From: Lingula anatina
Taxonomy: Eukaryota; Animalia; Brachiopoda
NCBI GenBank assembly: GCA_051362555.1
Contig: CM120640.1
Location: 16,244,001-16,308,000, forward strand
Direction: 5' to 3'
Length of the DNA stretch: 64,000 bases
A program made the position numbers and the translations under genes. Each line of letters begins with the position of its first letter. The first letter of the stretch is position 1. The notes beneath the pieces were generated by a model that did no database searches, had not been told where the DNA came from, and was given only the letters and a program-made list of their open reading frames with translations. Positions 24,505 through 36,025 of the stretch are shown here, in pieces.

Positions 24505-25344
24505 TTACGTTGCAGGGGGTGGAGTGCCTTCTGGGGATTCGTTGGAGACGGTAGCAACTCTGCGGCTGGCACAAGTGCAGCCTACCGATATTTGTTGCCA
24601 GGACTCAATATACTTGTAATTTCCTTCCGAATCGCACTCGTCCAATCTTCGGAGCACGCGGACGTTGTACCACACTTTTTCACACACTTTGTCGTTCTGG
24701 CCTAGTCCTATGCACCCAGAACACCGACACTCGGCCTGCGCCATAGCTGGAGGGAACCGGTATTTATCATGGTTGACAACGTAATACCAGGGACACAGTG
24801 ATCGACTGTTAGCGTCGCCGGTGCTGTTAACCTGGCTGGGGCAAAATGTGTCTCCGTACATGTGGTGGAGCTTTATAAATTCAGGCGAAATGGATTGCAC
24901 ATTTTGTGGATTATCAGGCAGTCCCAGGGTGTACATTTCATGGGGATTCCTACTTGCAATGTTTCCGAGTCGCTGATGGAGATCACCTGGAATTTGACAC
25001 TTCACAGTTCCGCGCTTCTTTCTGGCAACTGCAGGCGCAGCGAGTGACAGAGACAGACATGAGATGGCCAAGATGATTACGACACAAATCTAGAATTAAC
25101 AAAATAAAAACACATGATTATAAAAACGATCTATGATGATATCTAAAAGAGCTGAAAGTTTGAAATTAATTGCAGTTCATCATGAATATTGCACGTGTCG
25201 ATAAACGTCGATAGACGGTCACAAATATCACTGACCATAAAATTATTTTAAAATGTATGAATTATCAAAAAGTATAATGTAAGCTGAATAAGAAGCTTGA
25301 TCAAGACCGGCGCGATTTAGCCCCACTGGCTTACTTACATTCAT
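24505..25344 (-). CDS. IL17: Interleukin-17 family cytokine (196 aa), two coding exons
   Basis: Exon 1 is 25344-25339 (ATG AAT|gtaagt). Exon 2 is 25089-24505 (ttctag|ATT TGT GTC...), phase 0. Product: signal peptide MNICVVIILAISCLSLSLA, then IL-17 hallmarks NSRSLCPWYYVVNHDKYRFPPAMAQAECRCSGC, CEKVWYNVRVLRR, WQQISVGCTC. The tiny first coding exon is typical of invertebrate IL-17 genes. Confidence 0.95.
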
Positions 25345-25489
25345 ATTACGAGCAATTTTCGGTAAATGTGTAACTTTGCAGCGTTGTCGATGTCACAACT
25401 CAGATGGTATCTTTCTCGATATACCTAGAAAGCTAGGTGTTCCTACTCTGAAGTATCTATCAGTATGAAGAACCAGGGTGGAACCCCGA

Positions 25490-25622
25490 CTTAAATAAAG
25501 CGAACCCGCCATACTACCGATGACACATTTGTCTAAACATGGCATTTCCGGATCCCGCTCCAATTTAACCGACTGTCAATCAAACTGACCACCAGGAAAT
25601 TGACATCCTAAGCATGACGTCA
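25490..25622 (-). promoter_or_regulatory. IL-17 proximal promoter
   Basis: TATA-like TATTTAAG on - at 25497..25490, about 150 nt above the ATG. Perfect CRE TGACGTCA at 25615-25622. Confidence 0.5.
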
Positions 25623-26124
25623 CTCATTTTGTTGGGATAGAGTGAGCACTTCAGCTTTACCACGTGGCATTGATTTGACCGCAAAATGGCTTTTTACTGA
25701 GTATAGTCTAGCCTACTCTGCACTTTTTTTTCATAGACACTCCTCGATTTTAGTCTGCGTTTGTCTGCCTCAAACTATTGAGGGTACGATGTTTAGGAAG
25801 ACGCTTTTTCCTTTTGCACAATATTTACAGATGTTATTCTGCTTCAATACTTTTAAATTTATCCATACTTTTATTTGTTCAAATGTGTTCCTTGATCTTG
25901 TTAAACATTGCGCGCGTTTGCTAATAAAAAATATATTACGTACCTCAAATCGTGCCTTGTCTCCTTTAAAAGTAACAAGGATGTATTGAAGTTATTTCAC
26001 GTGGACAGGGAACTACAGTAAATTTACGGGATTTTCACCTTTCAAAGCTCGCGCATGACGTACCCGTAATGTTTTGTTCGTATTGTTGACATGCTCCACG
26101 TGTTGTTTTGTCGCATTATCCGGG

Positions 26125-26202
26125 TGTACTGCGCACGCGCGCATGTCCATTAGCCAATGAAATTCGTGCGTGCCATTTAAACAACTACAACAAACCAAGC
26201 AG
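26125..26202 (+). promoter_or_regulatory. PARPBP promoter and probable non-coding first exon
   Basis: CpG-rich TGCGCACGCGCGCATG (NRF1-like), CCAAT at about 26154, strong donor CAG|gtaaga at 26202/26203. The next acceptor (about 27645) precedes the ATG at 27666. Confidence 0.55.
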
Positions 26203-27413
26203 GTAAGATGTTTTCGTACATTTGCTATATACAGGTTGAAAAATATGTCCTTAGAAAAGCAGTATATTTGAAAAACATTTGTCTTCAGATGGCATTAAAA
26301 AAACACACAATATTCCCATTTCCCGGGTGAAATGCAAGCTTGCCTCACCTTGGAGGCTTGACTATAACTAAAGTACTGTCGATAAAAGCTTCCTAGTTCA
26401 ACTTCAAGCGCATATTAATGCTTATAATTAAATTAACTAATTCAGTTAAACTAGCTGGTAGTTTTTTTCTGGAACTCATACAATCCAAACCCTACACCGG
26501 TCTCAATGTTGCATTTCATTAGGGCAGATACAGTATACCATACCCAATGGATTTATTTTCTAGATCTAACATGTATCTCTAACCATGAAGTCCAAATTGC
26601 TATGTAATATTATTGCTCAATTCAGGGCATTCAATCTCAGCACCTGTAACATAATTTAGGAGCAAATTTAAGAAGAAGACAGACAAGATATGTAGTTGAT
26701 CAGAGCACATATTATTTTGAGTGCTCTTTTTGTCTTCAGCTGAAAAGAAGAAAAAGATCAAACTGTACTCTACCACATACAGTGTAGGTATACTGTCTTC
26801 TACCCCTTTGATTTTGAACCATTGACATAGGAAGTTATTTGCATTCTTCACTCCCTCTTGTTCTCAAATGAAAGGTATGGTACCAGTAAATTTACTGCAA
26901 AACAATAAACTGTCTCTTGTTCTTTTTGGTTACATTCTGACTGACTTCAAACTTCAAATTAATAAGAATGATACTCAAGATTCAGACAAATATGGCAGAT
27001 AGAAGCTGCATCAGAAATATAGCAAGATTACCAATAAATCTTCTCTGTGGTGAGGGCAGATGGATGGATTTTGGTTTTCAGAGCAATGTGATATTGTTCA
27101 TTCTTTGGATCTATTCGACAAATGAAATTATCTGACTTCATGAATAAAACAGTGGCAACAGTGGCTGGAAATTACATGCAATACACTGTATGTAAAGATA
27201 ATAACTACAGGTCCTTAATGTCATGTTTAATTGCCCATATTCAATATATCATTGACCAAAATTCATGTCCCATTGCATCAAATGTATTAATGAAATGTGT
27301 CGTTATTTTCTAACTGTACCATTAACCATTTCAACAAACATTATGTCCAATATCATTGTTGTACCAAAGAAATAAGCATGTGAATGAATAGGTTTTTGCT
27401 TTTTGAAATTAAA

Positions 27414-27603
27414 GGCTCAATCAGAACAAGTTGGTCTGCAGACTAACAGAGCCGCGGTTCAGACATGTCTGATCCACATGAAAGCTTGCATCATAATCCC
27501 CTAATAGATTCTGAATAGAAGAACTTACAGTGATTAAGGGTAAACTTTCAAGTGGGTCAGCCATATTTTAATTTGTGGATCAACTTTGGTTGTGAATGCA
27601 GCC
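27414..27603. mobile_element. Degenerate PIF/Harbinger-like MITE, same family as 55594-56068
   Basis: Left GGCTCAATCAGAACAAGTTGGTCTGCAGACTAACAGA. Right TTTCAAGTGGGTCAGCCATATTT...GATCAACTTTGGTTGTGAATGCAGCC followed by TAA. These motifs are shared with the 55.6-56.1 kb element. Confidence 0.65.
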
Positions 27604-27665
27604 TAAGACTTGAAATATGAAAATTTTGCATTATTATACTTAAAGGTTCCCCCAGTGTGTGCAGC

Positions 27666-30600
27666 ATGATGGGACGTGTGTACGTACTATGTGGGGATGT
27701 GGAGCCAGAGGCTCTGAAAACCGTCATTGATGCTGTTCAGAATCATGAAACACAAGAAGAAAGGATTACAGGTATTAGTGCTCGAAGTTGCTTCTTATTT
27801 TTATGTTTTTTAATCTTTATTTTTTGATTGTGTGTAATATATATCAAAGTAGGATTAATGTTCTGAGTAATTTAGAAATTTATTTATTAAGTAAATTATG
27901 TCTACTTAAAATAAGGGATAAAAATGTTTTAATCCTCATTACAATTGATTATGATAAAACCGAAATTTTTTTGATCATATGGAAATCAACCCAGGCAGGC
28001 TATGTTGGTTATTATGGACATCATTTTAGTCCAGAAGTTGACCAGGTCCCATACTCTGTTTATTTATATCTTATCAATGTAGTTTAGGTCAAATGTTGAT
28101 AGGTAAAGCAGGATATAGGAAGATTTAAAACATTCCATTTATGTTTATGTCATTTGGATGGTACTGTGCTGTGGATGATGGGTACAAAAGAATACCCATA
28201 TTTTGACAGTAATTATAGGTCCCATATTGTCACCCTCTCAGAATATGAGAAATCCCCAGTTCTTGTCCCATGCTATAAATAGTTTAAAATTGGATACAAC
28301 AGGAAGAAAAAGTGTCAAGTTTTGTCATAGGACTATTCAAATTCAGTGACCTCTTTAAAATGAATCCGCATTACAAAAGGGATTTCATTCAGTTGTGTCA
28401 CAATATAGATACATACAGAGCTAAGACATTGAATTTTTGCCTCCTGTGTCTGCTGTTTTGTGAAACTCTTGCGAGACTTCATTTTCAGCTATAATTTTCA
28501 TACACATGTACAAAATGTAGGTGTACAGATAGAGACAATAGAACCACTTTTATTCCCACATATTTTTCTAGATATAGTTTTGACTTCATTGTTGTGTTGT
28601 CTGTTTTAATCTGACTGTTGGTAGGCTTTGAAATTCTGAAGCATGTTGCTATTGAACATATCGGAGAAATGAAAAGGAATATGAGCAAAAATCAGCACTA
28701 GTAGTATCTCATTGTGTTACTTTCATGTTTAACCAGACCTTTACCTTTCTAGACATTATAATCAGAGTTTTTTACTTTAAAATTCAGTTTGCTGTTGAAA
28801 AAATCCTTTGGTTAGGTTAGCCTTAGTTATGACAGTTCATTGAAAGCAAGTAATTCAAAAATTGGTTAAGCAAATATTGCAGGCTCTTGATGGTAAGTGC
28901 AATCAGTATGCCCTTCATCATATGAAAACAAAATAGTCCATAGTAACTGGTGCAGGTAAGATTTGACACTAAACAATGGGCAAATTTGACATATTTTTGA
29001 TTTATATAAGGTCTTTTTACTTGCAGTGCAGCCAAGCAGGTCCATAAATCATAGATTTTAGTCTTTTTCTTTTTCCTCTTCTTCTGGCTTTTTGCAAATG
29101 AGCCATTTCTGTTACAGGTTCTGTTAGATCCAGACTGTATGCTTTTCCCCTTTTCAGTTTCCAAAAACTCTCTGTGTGCATTGGGCAAGTTCCCAGAGTC
29201 CGCGTCAGTACCGTGGTGCAGTGTTGCAGAATACTTTACACAGAAATACAGGTCCTTGCGTCTTTCACAAAATGACACAGAGACAGTTCTGAACACAGAG
29301 GACCAGATGGTTGCCTTGCAGATATGTCTAGCTGAGCTTAGTAAGCAGGTACAACATGATATTTTTTTACTAGTAACAGTAATTGTTGTACATACCTTTG
29401 GGTGTCGTGGAAGAATTCAAGGACAAGTACCTTTTTTGTTTTAAGAATACACTGTCTTTCATTGTGTCAGCATTGTGAGAGATATATAATTTCAGTCATT
29501 CTGAAACATTTCTTTTATTATTCCTTCCAAGGTTGTACTAAAATTATGAATACTAGTAGTTGAATATTGTTTTTAAAAAGATGCAATAATTTTTCTTTAT
29601 TTAGGAAAGTGGAGAATTTGAAGTCGAATTGAGCAAGGTTTTAGAGAGTAACAAAAAACTTTGTGTATACAAGCGAGATCCTACAAAGTGTAAAGACAGT
29701 GACAAGGAACTGTTTAAGATGTATGAGAGCCATCTTGCTCACTGTAACACTGTGGACCTTTTTGACGTTATGTTAGCAGTGAAGAGGAAACTAACAGGAG
29801 GAAATAAAGAGGATGATTTGTGCCAGGAAGGAAAACAGTCCATTGATGGAGACATGAATTTTATTATCATGCATGAAGGGTTAGAAGATGTAGTGGTAAT
29901 GTATTTTTTTTCCTTTTTTTTTCTTGGGATGTAAATCAATATTTTTCCTTGTGTAGTCTGTAAAGAGGAATGTGGATAGTCTGTTTTTTTTATATAGTTT
30001 AAACAGTGAAAGGATGTTCAAATGCTATATCAAGTTGCACACACTATAAGAGGTAATTTGAATCAAAGTTTTATGACACTGAACATCTTGACCCCAGTAG
30101 CTCTTTCATTTTACTGACACCAAAAATTTGATTTTTATTGCTTTTGGCTTTTTGCTATGTATTATGCCATTTTTTTTCATGCTGTTTTGTTGTGGTTTCC
30201 CAAAATATTTTAGAAATAATCCCTTTTTACAGTAATCACTTCAGATATTTCCAAAGGTGTTTTCCCTTTTAACTGACACCAAGTTGAAGTACCTGATTGC
30301 TCTTAGGCTTCTAAAGATAAAGTGATAGGGGATATTATTATCGCATAACCTGCTGATTTAACACCTCTCCAGGCATGATCTGATACGTAATCAGAGATGC
30401 CAAACACTAAGGGAAAAATTGTAGTTTTTGCCATAAAATTTTTAAAATTTCCAAAATTAAAAAAAGTTTTATTTAATAAATCCACAAAGAACTTATGCTG
30501 GGCACTGTTAGCAATAATTTTGGTTACAGTCAAAGAAAAATAAAAGGTATCCACCCAAATCTTATTTTTATACAAAACTTTTACAAAAATGATCTAATTA

Positions 30601-33600
30601 GCCATTTCCTTCATCCATTTATTTTGATCCCTGACCTTCACCTAGTATTATATTTTGAGAATGCATTTAACAATGCTATAGTTATTATACTGATGCAACT
30701 TCATACATGTTGTAGTGTGAAGTTATATAAAGTTACAACTCTGATTCCTACACAATTTTTCTTTAGCCTACCTAAGAGATTTCATCTGATCCGAAAATGT
30801 CAATAAAATTGGGACTAGATAATAATTACCAAGCTTGTGCAGACTTCAAAATATTTCTTAGACACCTTAATTGATTTTAATGGAGTCACAAGCATGGACA
30901 TGCAGCTCATATTAGCCTCGTAATTGCTCCTATCTAACTTAAATTGGTCTTATTTAACTTTCATGTACAGTAATTGCTATTATCAAACTTCATAATTTAC
31001 AATCATGCAGTCTGTCATGCTTAGTTCTTGCATAAATCTAGGCAATGTCCTGGTGTTAAACCTAATTTTGATTTTGTAACTAAGCTGTAGTGTTGAGTTG
31101 CTTTTCTCTCCAGACATAACCCAAGTCGGGAATCACAAACCGAATCTAGAATCCTCTGAAGTCGGATTAGAGCCCCTTCGAGCAAAATATACCCTGCTGT
31201 ATTATAGAGAATAATTGCAAGGTGATGATACTATCCCATGTGTAATGTATACTAGTTAATGATAATATTATTATTTTTTATTATTTTTTGTTTGATTTGC
31301 TTAATTTTATTCTAGAGAGAAATGCTAAAAATCATTTGCCAAAACAAGAAACTGTACAAGGTGAACACAGAATCCTCTCTGTCTAGTTCAGTTGACCCCA
31401 CAGTTTTATTTGAAGAGTGCAACATGGATGATGTTCTCGACTCCACAGCCAGTATAGAATCCCCCAGAACTAGTGGATTCTCCATCACTGAGGTAGGTCG
31501 TACTTTCAGAACATAATTTTCTTCCACATTTTTTTTTAATGATGCTAAACTGATGTATGCTTAGTAATAAAGTCCAGCACTGATATATTGTCACTTGTTT
31601 ACCTGATTATTTGCTTTGTTAGAGGCTGATCAAACATAGGTATCTAACTTGTTATCTTGCCATTTTGAATTATCAATGATATTCATGTTGATATGTGTAT
31701 TTTCTAAGTATTTATATCTGCAGAATTGCACATTCTCCAAATTCTAGTAGAATGTTACATACACAGTGAGTGAAAACACAATGTGTTTGTTATCACAGCT
31801 AACACAATGTGCATTCACTGCAGTGCTTTCACAAATAGCTCCACTGATATGTGTTACATGTGGGTTGTAGGATTAAAATAAAATGTATTGATTTTTTTTT
31901 TAAATTTAATTTTTCCTTTTTATATTTATTGTTTATGATAAAGATATCTGAAAGCCTTCTGACCATAGTGTTTGTTTGTCTATTTGTAGTGATATTCATA
32001 CTTGATGACTGGACCAGTAGTTGAAAGTAAACCTGCTCTGGTAGTAGCAGGCAACTTGTTCAGTATGGTAAATGCAGGCTTTCTATGGTTTTGGACCCCA
32101 GTTACTGTGTTGTGTTAAATGAAACTTACTTGTCTTTTTTACATAGGCTTATATCAGAAGAGTATTTCATTCCTATCTGGAACTTCTCATAAACTCCAGA
32201 AACGAACTTGCCCTGGCTCGTGTGATCAATGTGCCTGACAGGGGGATTGATCACCAGGCATTCACTGAGATCAAAAGAGTAGCAAAGGAGAAGAAAATGC
32301 CTATGTGCCAGGTAGCTCTGGGAGTAGTCTCTTTTTTATTTTCACATTGTTGTTTAATTTAATTTTTCTGACTTGATAGTTCTGCATTTTTTATTTCTTT
32401 TTATTTTATTTGTTTTTATTCATTTATTTGTTTAATAAAACTTAGCATTATGCTGCTATTACATATTGTCTGAAACACAATCCTTTTTTGTCCTGCACCT
32501 CATCTAACACATTTAGGCTTGAAAAACAAGAAAAACCACAATCGGTGCTTTAACTGGAATTTAAACCTGTTGCTGAAATTTTGCTTAGATTTCTGTTCAA
32601 CATTCTTTGAAAAACCATGATTGTTAATTCAAATAGACTAATAAGTTTTAATGTCATTATTTGTGCCATTTGTATTATCTGATAGCATGAAAGTATTTGA
32701 TATAAAATTTATTTCAGGTGCATTTTTCCATCAGTGTAAGAAATCTAAAATCTCTCCACAAATAAAATTAATTTAACATAATTCAAAATTTATTTTATAT
32801 CTGTTTTTCTATTTTAATATTTTCTAGACTGCCATTTCCTTCATTATGCGTCTAAGACTTGGTGGGAAGGGGTATGCCCCAGACCCCTCCTCTCCACTGA
32901 CCACCCATGTTAAAGGACTTGGGGAGTTTGTAGACCTCATCCATAAGCTACAGACCATAATTGAAGAGATGAAGGATCACAGGTAGTGAGTTATACATCT
33001 TATGTCATATAATACAGGGGCAGACAGAAGCTGTCTTCTGGGTCTTACAGAATAGAAAATGGCCAGAATTTTTCACGTTTACATTGATAGGCATCTAATT
33101 TTTTTCTGTTGGATGGAGGATGGATCAACAAAGATACTTTGGAAGATAGTCAGAAAATATCTCTGGATCTGCCTCTGTAATATAGTATGAAATAAGTGTT
33201 TGAACAATATTTTGGTATACATGCCATCATGGTATAAATGTTTGTTGGAAAACAGTTGAATAAATTATTTGTCTATTTTACTTTTATATTATAGCTTCTT
33301 TATATTGCCCGATTTAAGAAAAAAATGATGATTAATTTTTCTGCTTTTGTTCATGAAGGTAGGTACTGTGTCACAATTTTCTTTAACATTTACTATATGG
33401 AATTTATTTTATTTGTTTTGTTTTTTTTCCTCAGGGTGGCTCTCTGCAGACTTGTGAATGTTTTAAAGCTGACTATTGCCAGAAGCAAGGACTGCAAGCT
33501 GCGCAAGTGCAGTGTTGAAAAAGTGGCAGAAAATCTACATGATCAGATTTCTCATCTACTTGATAGTGCAGAGGGTGTTGAGGAACAGAGCCCTGCTAAG

Positions 33601-34248
33601 GTAGTGTAATATTTAGTTTCCAAATTGGAAAATAAGCAGTTTTCTCCTACTCATGAAAACATTGCTTGATCTGTCCTACAGTTAGATTCTAGACTATGTT
33701 TTATACTATCAGTTTATAGTTTATTTTAAATCTGGTGACCAGAAGCAAGAACCACAGTGATTTTGTTTCAAAATTAATTTGTTTTGTCTTACTAACATTT
33801 TTTTTCATCATTTTGCCCAGAGGAGAAAATTGATTTGAGTCACTTCAAAATATGTAGACAATTGAAGTGTAAATGACCTTTTTGCCTCAGCATGATTGGT
33901 GGAAAATATATTAAAGCTGGCAGTTCTCTTTGTGTGACAGTTTTGAATGATTTAATGCTAAGCACAAGCCTTGTTTTGCCTTTGTTTTCAGTCTAATGGC
34001 GAGGGAGGCTCCATATCAGGCAAAAAGACAATAAAAACTTTGCAGAAGTTGCTGGACCATATTGCTTGCCAACCAATGGAGCATTCCTCTGCAGATATTC
34101 TCACAGATACATTTTCCAGTCAAAAGACTCCTGTACGACTCCCAGCACTTGTGTCGCAGTTCAGGTGAGATGCTTTTTATAGCTAGTTGTACTGCTGAAG
34201 GCTGGTAGATCCCTATAGATGAATATACTTATTTATTTATTTATTTAC

Positions 34249-34299
<51 letters not shown>

Positions 34300-35909
34300 T
34301 TGTAAAAAATGAAATAGGTGAAATAAGAATTGATATTTATTATAGATTGATGCCTTTTAAAGATCTAATCACGAAAGTCCTCGGAAGTAGAATGAAAACA
34401 ATTAATTTTGCTTAATAGTCAATTATAGTCTATCAGAAACAGTGATAAGAAAATAAACTCAGTTATAGTTGAATCAAATATGGTTTGTTTATAAGAATGA
34501 GCATTTATGTTAATTTTCAATCCTTACAGATCTCCAGACATGGTTGAGGAGGAAATCATGAAGGAGCCAAATATCAGTGAAACTTTGTCTGAGAGGATGG
34601 TGAAGAAGAAACAGGGTCAGAAAGTATGTGAGAATCTGTGTGAAATTTCTATAATGAGAGTCGCTGTGAATCGGGTTCATCATTAAATTGATTTGGTGTA
34701 TTATCACAAGGTTTAATATGGTATTTCTGTCACTAAAAGAGGATAAATACAACATATCAAAGGCACATAAGAAATGTTAAGCCTTGAAATAGCAAAAAAA
34801 TCTTTTTCCCACCAATATCCTGGAAATCACAGCACTTTTCCCATAATTATCAGGGTATGCCTTTTCCAAAACCATATATAAAATTATGATCCATAGAGCT
34901 GTTTTTAAGTTGAAAGATTCTTGTTTTTTACTCCCTCTCATAATAATGAAGGTGGAAACAGGTGAGTTTTAACAATAAAAAGTAGAAATATAGATCTCAA
35001 AAATAGATCTCAAAATCTATCTGGTATATTGATCATAATTTTCTCAATGGTTATTTAAACATCCATATATTTTTCAGGATATAAGGCCAGTTGAGCGGTA
35101 TGGTTCATGTATGGACTGGGCAGCCCCTGCATACAATTCTGGTTTCTCCCAGAATGATGAGAAGGAGTATCTACTGGCACTGAAGACCTATAACTCTGCT
35201 GAGTAAGGCAAACTTTGAAATCTCTTAATTCTTTGTGTAGTGACTGTGTGAAATTTTGGTTTCTTATTCAGATTTCAAAAGTATAAATAATTTAATTGGA
35301 TATGAGGTAATACTTAATTTGGGGGATTTCTTGTAGTGTTCTTAAACTGTTTGGCAAATGCTTATGATGAAAATAATGATAGATGTATTTTTGCTTTAGA
35401 GGATGACAAATATATTACCCCTCCTTTTTTCATGGCGAGTACTTTGTTTTTGTAAATGTAGGATATTGATGTCAGTGAATTAAAATGTATTTTTGTATCA
35501 TTTTATTTCAGTTCTATATATAAAGCATTTATTCATACTAAAAATGTCATGATAATAAAAGATTATCCTGGTTCTTGTTCATTGCAGCAACCAAAACTTG
35601 GTCTCAGGTTGTGTGGAAGGCGGTGAAAAAAACATTGTAAGGAAAGTTTTGGAGTCTATCAACGACCAAGAAAACATCACCAGCACATCAACAAAACCAA
35701 CAACAGAGGGTGTAGATAATGATTGCAATATACAGGAAAAGAAGAAGACAAACAGTAAAGCCGTAAAGAGAACAGCCACAGCAATGGAAACTGCAGATTT
35801 ACCAAAAAGTAAAAAAACAAAGAAGGCTGTTACAACGAAAACGGCAAGAAAGAAACTGATACCCCAGCTGAAGGGGCAGAAACAGTTGACACACTTTTTC
35901 AGGGTTTGA
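27666..35909 (+). CDS. PARPBP: PCNA-interacting partner / PARP1-binding protein (PARI), 654 aa
   Basis: Exons 27666-27771, 29158-29348, 29605-29895, 31316-31492, 32147-32311, 32828-32982, 33435-33600, 33992-34164, 34530-34623, 35078-35202, 35588-35909 sum to 1965 nt in frame. Motifs match recalled PARPBP: MVALQICLAELSKQESGEFEV, SYLELLINSRNELALARVINVPDRGIDHQAFTEIK, SFIMRLRLGGKGYAPDPSSPLTTHVKGL, C-terminal PIP box GQKQLTHFFRV. The first coding exon is the least certain. Confidence 0.93.
30306..30772. mobile_element. Degenerate non-autonomous DNA transposon remnant (GG...CC termini, TTA/TAA flanks)
   Basis: Left tcttaGGCTTCTAAAGATAAAGTGATAGG versus reverse complement of the right end tcttaGGTAGGCTAAAGAAAATTGTGTAGG. 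Confidence 0.45.
33015..33177. mobile_element. MITE of the CAGGGGCGGATCCAG-terminus type, 5-bp TSD
   Basis: Left CAGGGGCAGACAG; right end reverse complement CAGAGGCAGATCCAG. TAATA at 33010-33014 and 33178-33182. Confidence 0.65.
34229..34301. repeat. (TTTA)n microsatellite
   Basis: Imperfect TTTA array in a PARPBP intron. Confidence 0.9.
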
Positions 35910-36019
35910 TTTTTTATTCTTATTTGATTTATTTTGATTTTAATTATTACATTTTATGATTTTCACATTGGTGCTGGACATTTTTGTTGTATGTCATTTT
36001 AAATTATTGTTGTTATAAT

Positions 36020-36025
36020 AATAAA
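36020..36025 (+). terminator. Candidate PARPBP poly(A) signal (an alternative lies at about 36609)
   Basis: AATAAA 110 nt after the stop codon; a second AATAAA near 36609, close to the end of the CpG-poor domain. Confidence 0.4.

Noticed and set aside
28823-29296. 157-aa minus-strand ORF
   Set aside because: It is antisense to a PARPBP exon and its pyrimidine tract, with no recognisable domain.
31114-31198. CpG-containing patch after a good acceptor in a PARPBP intron
   Set aside because: It has an in-frame TAA at the second codon and a weak donor, and is not needed for the protein; probably an insertion fragment.
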